A stretch of 63,593 nucleotides of DNA, counting the filler, from Octopus bimaculoides (Eukaryota), in NCBI RefSeq assembly GCF_001194135.2. It is 6 parts of 6 records of this genome, joined end to end, with 100 filler letters (N's around TTAATTAATTAA, not from the genome) between each part and the next. Parts side by side here need not be neighbours in the genome. Positions count along the whole stretch, not along the records: positions 24,636 to 54,202 come from NC_068994.1; positions 54,303 to 61,696 come from NC_069006.1; positions 61,797 to 63,593 come from NW_026429463.1; 3 more parts are not named here. The stretch is one strand, 5' to 3'. Positions 53,440-63,593 of this stretch are shown piece after piece. The translations under genes and the position numbers were made by a program. The notes under the pieces are model-generated. The model was not told where the DNA came from, did not search any database, and worked only from the letters and a program-made list of their open reading frames with translations. Every line of letters begins with the position of its first letter. Position 1 is the stretch's first letter.

Positions 53440-53740
53440 ACGGAACAGATCTCAAAGAGAACTGAACCGAGACAAATTTGGCCGCCGAGTTAAAGTTATT
53501 TATAACAAACTATCGGCTCCCGAAGGCTTCAGAAAAATACTCTATCACGTGACCTTATTAGGGGCCGTGATTGGTCAGTTTGCGTTCTGGCGGGAACGGT
53601 TCGAAGAAGTTGCCGCTTCGAATATTAATCAGTCACGTGATGACAAGGAGATGGGTTCTCCGCTACGGTCGCGCTTGTTTATATTTAAATGAGAAGAATG
53701 GCGATAGCAGTTTTGTATCTAATGGCGATAGTTAGTTTCA
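53440..53740. promoter_or_regulatory. Candidate CpG-rich promoter-like region
   Basis: Two TCACGTGA E-boxes (53546, 53634), ATTGG (53570), two AATGGCGATAG motifs, CpG-rich relative to flanks; no transcript evidence. Confidence 0.3.
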
Positions 53741-53789
53741 CTACATATATATTAAAAATTCTGGCATCCAACAGACTTGATGGCAAAGC

Positions 53790-54035
53790 ATATGATAACC
53801 ATTATGAACTTTATAAAGAAATTTGGGACACTATCAATAACCCAAGTTCAATGTAAGAGGAGGTTTTCAAAGCTAAAGATCATAAAGACAAGGTTAAGAA
53901 GTTCGCAGTCTCAGAATAACTTGGAAGCATACATGTTATCCACTGAAAATGAATTCTAAGATGAACTGGATACAGAAGCAGTTATTGACAGATTCGCACA
54001 ATCATCTAGTGAACACAAACGGTTGCTCTTAATAC
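53790..54035 (+). mobile_element. hAT transposase C-terminal dimerisation-domain relic
   Basis: TLSITQVQCKRRFSKLKIIKTRLRSSQSQNNLEAYMLS...LDTEAVIDRFA matches the hATC pattern (CERSFSKLKxIKTRLRS). Confidence 0.75.
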
Positions 54036-54246
54036 AGTGGACTGCAAGTAATACAAGTTTTGTACCTCCTTGCGACAATGTAAACTTTCATTTAAATAAG
54101 ATATCCTTGGTCTGAAGATTGGCCTGTGGTATACACCTCGCTTCGATATTTACTACTTCTGAGGTTCCGCTCGCTAACTCTTGTGTGTGTGTGTGTGTGT
54201 GTNNNNNNNNNNNNNNNNNNNNNNNNNNNNNNNNNNNNNNNNNNNN

Positions 54247-54258
54247 TTAATTAATTAA
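54247..54258. other. Assembly gap spacer TTAATTAATTAA
   Basis: 44 N on each side. Confidence 0.9.
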
Positions 54259-54382
54259 NNNNNNNNNNNNNNNNNNNNNNNNNNNNNNNNNNNNNNNNNN
54301 NNCAGAAGTATTTTTTCTTTTTATATTTGCCTCTCTTTTCCTCTTTTCTTGCTATCTCTCAACTTCAATAATGATAATTGTG

Positions 54383-54444
<62 letters not shown>

Positions 54445-54445
<1 letters not shown>

Positions 54446-54633
54446 TTGGTAATGCATCTCATGCTCAATTGTTGTCCTCAAAATAATCATAATAATAATA
54501 ATAATTATTATTATTATTATTCATAGTAGCTGTAGTAGTAGTAGTTGTAGTGGTAGTGGTGGTGGTGGTGTTACTCTTGCGTGTATTAGCCACAATTGGT
54601 AATGCATCTCATGCTCAATTGTTGTCCTCAAAA
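54445..54633. repeat. 39-bp exact direct repeat (54445-54483, 54595-54633) bracketing TAA/TAG/TGG microsatellites
   Basis: ATTGGTAATGCATCTCATGCTCAATTGTTGTCCTCAAAA occurs twice, 150 bp apart. Confidence 0.9.
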
Positions 54634-55390
54634 CAACTAATTTAATTTTGCAGAACATGCATAAATATACAATTCTCATTTTTTGCTTTGACCTCTTTAA
54701 ACCTCACCTTTCGAAATTTCAAAAAGTAAAAAGAAAGAAGAATTTTTTATATGTATCTGAAGTCTGACTTTACATCAGCTTGTTCCTCGATCGTTCGATG
54801 ACGTCATATTACTAGATGCGTGCGTAGTGTTGGGCTAGATTCGACATTATGAACTGAAGCTCTTTTTACTCATCCATTTATCCAGTGATGAGTATGTAAC
54901 TGCTAACATTCGTATGAAACTATTAGAAGATTGGGATTTGTCAACCTTCTCTTGATATGGGAAGCCAGACTAGCTGTAATGTTAGTTTGTTTCCATTTAC
55001 ATGCCAATGACTTTGCATTTTTCATTAGTAAATTATAATCATTATGATTATTACGTAACTCTGAGCTTCCTGAAACAACTGTCGAGATGATATATTTCAT
55101 AATTTCTTTCTATTTTCTTCATATTTTATTCTCTGCCTTTATTCTGTACATTGTTCTTTATAAATATATTTATATCAAGCAAAACTGTGGTTATCAGCTT
55201 TTCTACCTGCGTATTGGTTAGATTGGTATTTCACTTAGAGCCACACATGACGGTGAATGCCTTTGATCTGGACGACGAATTTGGTGTTCATGTTTAGTGC
55301 CTTTTCAGCACTATGCATTCTCTCTACTGTGTATACCCAGCTCTCATCTGATGCCTATATGTATATATGTGCGTCTGTGTCTGTCTGTCG

Positions 55391-55468
<78 letters not shown>

Positions 55469-55552
55469 GCCTCACTCTTTCTGATCTCACCCCATTTTTC
55501 TCTTACTGAGGGTCATTTATTCTTTCCGCTCCCGCCTTAGTCTCTTTACATG

Positions 55553-55608
<56 letters not shown>

Positions 55609-56000
55609 TATAACTACGACATGCAGATCAAGGCAAGCGACATCAACATTGCATTGGCACAAATTTCTTATCACACTTCCCACCATTTCCATAACAACAT
55701 CAGCTCCCACCTCTACTCCTACTCCTATTCCTACACGCGCCATATTTTCTACGAAACATTCTGATCAACTACGAGTTTTAACGACACTTCACCTCACTTT
55801 TACGACACTCCAAATAGACATTTACGACATTTGACGTTTTCTTTATCGTCGTTTAATCTTTAAATTGGAAAAGCCAACTAGTTAAATAGCCTAGCATTTT
55901 ATTTACACAGCTTGAGACAATCAAATATGTTTAATGAGTAAAATGTCCTCGAGAGCAGTAGCTTTTCAAATTGATTTTGATCATCGTATCCATTTCTTGT

Positions 56001-56038
<38 letters not shown>

Positions 56039-56699
56039 GAGTGTATATATATATAATATATATATATGTAATATATAAATAATATATGAATATATGCATA
56101 CATATATGTACATACCTTCATCGATATGTATACATACATGCATATATAGAAACGGTTTAANNNNNNNNNNNNNNNNNNNNNNNNNNNNNNNNNNNNNNNN
56201 NNNNNNNNNNNNNNNNNNNNNNNNNNNNNNNNNNNNNNNNNNNNNNNNNNNNNNNNNNNNTTTCTATGCATGTATGTCTCTGTTTGTGGGTACAACCGCG
56301 CTCACACAAACATTCATATAAGGACACACATACAGAAGACATACGTCATACATCCGTATTCTCTCACATGCTCTAACTCTGATCTATGAATGAGTAACGT
56401 TGTAAATATGCAATATTCCTGCATTTATATTTTTGCCTAATTTTTTTTTTAATATTTTTTTACGGTTTATATACTTCTCCTATTTATGATTTCTCATTAA
56501 AATATTACATTAGATAAAACGCATGAGTATGAATATGACGTAGCTCGGCAATTTAGTTTTTATTCAGCCCTTTTCATACTCGTGGTATCGTAGAAAAAGG
56601 CAATTGCGATTGAAAGGGGTATGAAGTGTTAAAATGGAAATTATGTACCCTAACCCTCCCAATCCTGCGTGAGGATCTGTATACATACATATCAGAACG

Positions 56700-56721
56700 T
56701 AGTTATATATGTTAGCTTGAG

Positions 56722-56753
<32 letters not shown>

Positions 56754-56872
56754 CTGCGTGTGTGTTCATGTGCATGCGTATATGTGTATATGTGTATAGG
56801 TGTGTATATGTATGTATATATATATGTGTACAATTGCATATATGTATATAGCAATACGTATATAATAACGTG

Positions 56873-56907
<35 letters not shown>

Positions 56908-57087
56908 ATATATAATAATGTGTATATATGTGTATATATATATATAATAATGTGTATATATGTATGTATATGTACATATACATGCATCCGTATGTGTATA
57001 TGTATATATGTATAGCTATATACGTATATACATATTTGTATGTGTATATCTATATATGCATACACCTATATGCATATATATATACAT

Positions 57088-57183
<96 letters not shown>

Positions 57184-57460
57184 GCATATATATGTATATA
57201 TATGTATATATGCATATATATGTATATATATATATATATGTATATACATATATATATATGTATATACATGTACATACGTATGTATATGCATCATGTATGC
57301 ACGTATTATATGCATATACATTTGTGTGTGTATATAAGTATATATGTATATATATATACACACTCACACATATATATATACACATATACAAATTAATGTA
57401 TACATATACATATATATACATATAGACATGTTTATATATATATATATGCTTACATATATA
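56700..57460. repeat. Long TA/TG-rich low-complexity microsatellite field
   Basis: Visible. Confidence 0.95.
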
Positions 57461-57853
57461 NNNNNNNNNNNNNNNNNNNNNNNNNNNNNNNNNNNNNNNN
57501 NNNNNNNNNNNNNNNNNNNNNNNNNNNNNNNNNNNNNNNNNNNNNNNNNNNNNNNNNNNNNNNNNNNNNNNNNNNNNNNNNNNNNNNNNNNNNNNNNNNN
57601 NNNNNNNNNNNNNNNNNNNNNNNNNNNNNNNNNNNNNNNNNNNNNNNNNNNNNNNNNNNNNNNNNNNNNNNNNNNNNNNNNNNNNNNNNNNNNNNNNNNN
57701 NNNNNNNNNNNNNNNNNNNNNNNNNNNNNNNNNNNNNNNNNNNNNNNNNNNNNNNNNNNNNNNNNNNNNNNNNNNNNNNNNNNNNNNNNNNNNNNNNNNN
57801 NNNNNNNNNNNNNNNNNNNNNNNNNNNNNNNNNNNNNNNNNNNNNNNNNNNNN

Positions 57854-57870
57854 CGACGCTCTTCCGATCT
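57854..57870 (+). other. Illumina adapter/primer remnant CGACGCTCTTCCGATCT at a contig edge (artefact)
   Basis: Exact 17-nt match to the 3' end of the TruSeq/paired-end read 1 primer, immediately after Ns. Confidence 0.92.
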
Positions 57871-58201
57871 AAGTATATATGTATATATATATACACACAC
57901 ACAAACACACACATATGTATGTGTGTATATATATAATCACATATGTGTATATATCTGTATGTATACGTACAGAGTCAGGATCACGTATTAGCCTATGTTT
58001 TTTTTTGTTTTCCTTTGTATAAAAAAGAAATTATAATATAGTAAATGCGATACGAAATTGTTCCATGGTGATACTGAAATATGACTCCAGCCTCCATTTT
58101 GAAATATCGAGTTTACGTATCATGCTATGACTGGGCTACATCTACACGAAACATACTTGCTGATAGAGGAATAAAATATCTGCTACGAGTGGAGTTAGCA
58201 T

Positions 58202-58281
<80 letters not shown>

Positions 58282-58324
58282 CGTGTAAGAGAAAGAGACG
58301 GAGGTGTATTATTATTATTATTAA

Positions 58325-58369
<45 letters not shown>

Positions 58370-58371
58370 GT

Positions 58372-58812
58372 GAGGGAGCAGTGCATGCCATCAAAGTGAC
58401 ACTGGGGTAAAATATACGAAGCCCAATAGACCCATCATGACTACCCATCTGATAAGGGTACACCAGGCACATGCATCACAACCCTATGTGCGCGACATGG
58501 TGATCTCATATCAAGATAAACAGCACATAACCTTGCATGTGGGGCCCAGTTAGAATTTTCTTCAGGTCGGGTAGTCTATCTCGCTCAAAAGGTCCCTGAA
58601 TAAGGTCTGTTTAAGGATGTTGAGCAAAATACCTATGTTTCCAAAGGTGAATTATTCAAACCCCAAAGAATTCCTCTCGACACATGGCTATGATGTTCCC
58701 ACACTACTTCTGCTCGTGATCAGAGATGCACATATCGTCAGCCACCAAGGGACATGCTCAACTGGTTAAGGTCAAACAACTGACAAGCAAATCTGTGATA
58801 TTGAGCAGAATA
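58372..58812 (-). mobile_element. Unclassified interspersed repeat ending in a (TAA)n tail on the minus strand
   Basis: Complex non-coding island abutting (TTA)n; recalled as a common octopus repeat; single copy here. Confidence 0.45.
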
Positions 58813-59391
58813 TACACACACACTNNNNNNNNNNNNNNNNNNNNNNNNNNNNNNNNNNNNNNNNNNNNNNNNNNNNNNNNNNNNNNNNNNNNNNNNNNNN
58901 NNNNNNNNNNNNNNNNNNNNNNNNNNNNNNNNNNNNNNNNNNNNNNNNNNNNNNNNNNNNNNNNNNNNNNNNNNNNNNNNNNNNNNNNNNNNNNNNNNNN
59001 NNNNNNNNNNNNNNNNNNNNNNNNNNNNNNNNNNNNNNNNNNNNNNNNNNNNNNNNNNNNNNNNNNNNNNNNNNNNNNNNNNNNNNNNNNNNNNNNNNNN
59101 NNNNNNNNNNNNNNNNNNNNNNNNNNNNNNNNNNNNNNNNNNNNNNNNNNTATGATTATATATACATACACACATACATATTTCGTAGTGTATATACACA
59201 CAGAATTATGTATATATTCATAACTGACCTAGATAAACAATCCAACGTTATACACTACACCGAGAGGGCGTAAAATTTCGAATTAGCAATAATAAAATTA
59301 ATAGATAAACAAACAAAAAATAATAGTATTTACATTAATAATAAAAAAAATGTCAATACCAATAATATTAATAATATTAATAATATTAATG

Positions 59392-59439
<48 letters not shown>

Positions 59440-59994
59440 GCAACAACAGTTATGTGAATTGCATAAATTGCCCTCGAACTTGCATTTTTATATAATGTGT
59501 TCGTGTTATTTGTGTATTTGTCTTTTTTTTTTGTGTATCTGTGAGGATATTGCATCTACGTATGTGTGTATACGTGCGCGTGCGTTTGTCTATGTGTGTG
59601 CGTGCGTGTCTGCGTATTGACGTTGTACACCGCCTCTGTGTGTGTATGAGTTTGTGTGAGATGTGCGTGTGAGTCTTTATTATTATTATTATTAATATTA
59701 TTATTATTTATTATTTTTTTTCGGTTGTTTCGACGTTGGGCATAAAAAAATGCAATTAATAACTGGCGGATAGAAGGGCATTCTAAAGAATGAAATATAT
59801 GAAACTTGAACTTCTCATTCCCAATTCTGGGACATATAGTATAATAAGGAAACATCTATATGTATATATTCATCTATTTACTTCTCATATGGTTAAGTGC
59901 TTACGTCTATCCATTTTTTTACGCTAACATTCAGTAGCTTATGTTTGTTTTATTTGTATAGTTAATTTGCATGTCTCTATTATCATTTAATCTT

Positions 59995-59997
<3 letters not shown>

Positions 59998-60076
<79 letters not shown>

Positions 60077-60122
60077 GTTATTATTATTATTAAAATTATT
60101 ATTATTATTATCATCATCATCA

Positions 60123-60168
<46 letters not shown>

Positions 60169-60250
60169 TATTATTATTATTATTATTATCATCATCCTCA
60201 TTATTATTATTATTATTATTATCATCATCCTCATTATTATTATTATTATT
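59998..60250. repeat. (TTA)n/(ATC)n microsatellite
   Basis: Visible. Confidence 0.95.
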
Positions 60251-60765
60251 NNNNNNNNNNNNNNNNNNNNNNNNNNNNNNNNNNNNNNNNNNNNNNNNNN
60301 NNNNNNNNNNNNNNNNNNNNNNNNNNNNNNNNNNNNNNNNNNNNNNNNNNNNNNNNNNNNNNNNNNNNNNNNNNNNNNNNNNNNNNNNNNNNNNNNNNNN
60401 NNNNNNNNNNNNNNNNNNNNNNNNNNNNNNNNNNNNNNNNNNNNNNNNNNNNNNNNNNNNNNNNNNNNNNNNNNNNNNNNNNNNNNNNNNNNNNNNNNNN
60501 NNNNNNNNNNNNNNNNNNNNNNNNNNNNNNNNNNNNNNNNNNNNNNNNNNNNNNNNNNNNNNNNNNNNNNNNNNNNNNNNNNNNNNNNNNNNNNNNNNNN
60601 NNNNNNNNNNNNNNNNNNNNNNNNNNNNNNNNNNNNNNNNNNNNNNNNNNNNNNNNNNNNTATGCAGTTTTAGTTAATATTTCTAAAGGAAAGCATGATA
60701 TTAGTTTCTTGAAATAAAGCTTTATATCCATATCGATTCCACACCTTTGTTGTGTGTGCGAGCGA

Positions 60766-60803
<38 letters not shown>

Positions 60804-61217
60804 AATATATAATATACATAAACGCATATATATTCCATGAACATATTGTATAAATATATAGAATACACACATATATATAACACATGCATACGTACATATG
60901 TACACATATAACCACACACGTATATGCACTCAGAGATTATCACACGAAAAAATATATATACATACGTGCAAAATATATATGTATATACAGATGCGTACAC
61001 ACACACACACACACACAAATATATGTACATATGTTTGTGTGCGTATGTGTGTGTCTGAATGTGTGTGTGTGTGTATGTGTGTGTGTGTATGTGTGTGTGT
61101 GTATGTATGTGTGTGTGTATGTGTGTGTGGACATGTCCATATAGATGATTATATGTATCCATAAAGCATCCATGTGCATCCATATCTGTCTATTATCCCT
61201 CACTCTTCTTATGTATC

Positions 61218-61268
<51 letters not shown>

Positions 61269-61740
61269 ACTCGTCTATGCGGACTTGCGTGTATATGAAG
61301 AAGAAAAAAGGCGTAATAACTGTTTTGTATATCAGCTGCAACGACTTTCTCACGCAACCACAAATGGCATAAAAGAAAATTGCCCTAACGCCCACCCTTC
61401 ATCTACGCATAGACGTAAACTTAAGCGACTAGACATACGTGAAAACTATTTGCTCCATCCCTCTACACTTACCTAACTCCTTCACTCCCCATCACGCCAC
61501 GCGCATACAAACACATACGTAGGAATGCATATAACTGCACATATATATATATATATTTATATATACAAAGGATGAATATGGAAATAAAACAGATGAATAT
61601 CTACCTGAATCGGAAAAATCTGAAGAAATGTAATGCCCTTTGTTTCGTAAGACACCTCACACACATACACACGCACACACACACACGCATACGCACNNNN
61701 NNNNNNNNNNNNNNNNNNNNNNNNNNNNNNNNNNNNNNNN

Positions 61741-61752
61741 TTAATTAATTAA
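61741..61752. other. Assembly gap spacer TTAATTAATTAA
   Basis: 44 N on each side. Confidence 0.9.
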
Positions 61753-63087
61753 NNNNNNNNNNNNNNNNNNNNNNNNNNNNNNNNNNNNNNNNNNNNATAT
61801 ATAAACACTACACATTTCTTGCATAAATACACACATACATTCATACATTCATACATTCATAAACACATACAAGTGTGGAATTGTATGCATGTTTGTGTGT
61901 AGATGTGTGTATGACCGCGTGTGAGGGTATGTGTGCGCACGAACGTGTGTGTCCCCACACTACGTAAAGTGCACACTCCATTCATTGTGTGTAAAAAAAA
62001 AGAAATAATAAATAATAAAATATAGATGAAATTCTTTGCGAACAACTCGACAGTGATGTCTCTGTGAAGTGCTGACGCCTCTGAAAATATTTATCATCCA
62101 AACTGCGCTTTTGACGTCGTTGTTTATAGGTAGATGGAAGTAGGGGAATTGCTAAATGCTCTGAAACTTTGTTTTTAATTCCTTACGTCAGTCTGGAGTA
62201 GTAGATGACTGAGAGAGGACGTGGTTCGTATTGCGATATCAGTACTGCGTTGTGTCCCATGGCAAAAATACTTTGCTCTTAACAACCCACTCTTCCTTGC
62301 AGCGTTTATGTATCATAAAATATATCGAGAATTAGCAAGTGGAGTCTTCTTTTAAGCCACAAGTGCATCCTGTTCGAGCAAGTCTGTAATAAGAGTCCAG
62401 CTGTGACCATCCCAAGCATACTCAATTCTCAACAATCCNNNNNNNNNNNNNNNNNNNNNNNNNNNNNNNNNNNNNNNNNNNNNNNNNNNNNNNNNNNNNN
62501 NNNNNNNNNNNNNNNNNNNNNNNNNNNNNNNNNNNNNNNNNNNNNNNNNNNNNNNNNNNNNNNNNNNNNNNNNNNNNNNNNNNNNNNNNNNNNNNNNNNN
62601 NNNNNNNNNNNNNNNNNNNNNNNNNNNNNNNNNNNNNNNNNNNNNNNNNNNNNNNNNNNNNNNNNNNNNNNNNNNNNNNNNNNNNNNNNNNNNNNNNNNN
62701 NNNNNNNNNNNNNNNNNNNNNNNNNNNNNNNNNNNNNNNNNNNNNNNNNNNNNNNNNNNNNNNNNNNNNNNNNNNNNNNNNNNNNNNNNNNNNNNNNNNN
62801 NNNNNNNNNNNNNNNNNNNNNNNNNNNNNNNNNNNNNNNNNNNNNNNNNNNNNNNNNNNNNNNNNNNNNNNNNNNNNNNNNNNNNNNNNNNNNNNNNNNN
62901 NNNNNNNNNNNNNNNNNNNNNNNNNNNNNNNNNNNNNNNNNNNNNNNNNNNNNNNNNNNNNNNNNNNNNNNNNNNNNNNNNNNNNNNNNNNNNNNNNNNN
63001 NNNNNNNNNNNNNNNNNNNNNNNNNNNNNNNNNNNNNNNNNNNNNNNNNNNNNNNNNNNNNNNNNNNNNNNNNNNNNNNNNNNNNNN

Positions 63088-63257
63088 GGTGGTGTTGGTG
63101 GTGGTGGTGATGGTGCTGGTGCTGGTGCTGGTGCTGGTGCTGGTTATGGTAGTGGTGGTGGTGGTAGTTGTCGTGGTGGCAATAACAATAATGATGGTGG
63201 TTTTAGTAGTAGTAGTAGTAGTAGTAGTAGTAGCAGCAGCAGCAGTAGTAGTAGTAA
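63088..63257. repeat. Compound (GGT)/(GGTGCT)/(AGT)/(AGC) microsatellite
   Basis: Visible. Confidence 0.9.
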
Positions 63258-63593
63258 GAGACGGTAGCGTTGCTATGCTAAATATGACAATTCCAATAAG
63301 GAATCATTTTGCAATCTAAAAATAGCAATCGTCTATTTCTCTCAAAACAAAAATAATATAAAAACAAACAAAAGACATCCATTATTTTATTTATTTATTA
63401 TTTATTTTCTTTTTTGTTTAATCAATACGTTTGTCTCTAAACCATTTCTATGCATTGAAACTAATTCTTCCTTAAATTAACTTCATTTTATCACAAATAT
63501 ATACAGTACAGTTATGTATGTATGTATGCATGTATGTATGGACGTATGTATGTATTTATGTATGTATGTATGTATGTATGTATGCATGTATGC

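Overview
AT-rich, microsatellite-saturated animal genomic scaffold with many N gaps. The SINE/LINE content looks like octopus (inference, possibly an Octopus draft assembly). There are no prokaryotic features: no operons, CRISPR or rRNA. Most of the supplied ORF track is translated N-runs, microsatellites or antisense frames. Reading splice sites by hand recovers a + strand multi-exon gene that the ORF track largely misses (exons 30379-30474, 31763-31945, probably 37006-37080, 38454-38786 and 46463-46779; the 5' exon was not found). It would encode a membrane-anchored glycoprotein with a Cys-containing N-terminal region, a Ser/Thr/Glu mucin stalk, a CPCEC + helical module and a C-terminal transmembrane helix. 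The rest is transposon debris: two tRNA-headed SINE families, Tx1/L1-like, CR1-like, RTE-like and R4/Dong-like LINEs, two Penelope-like fragments (one with a degenerate hammerhead ribozyme), and mariner, Tc1, pogo and hAT relics. Structural highlights are a foldback element centred on a perfect (CCCTAA)n/(TTAGGG)n palindrome, a SINE sharing its 3' tail with a Tx1-like LINE, and a train of Dong-like elements stacked in (TAA)n. Technical artefacts include an Illumina adapter remnant and five N44-TTAATTAATTAA-N44 gap spacers.
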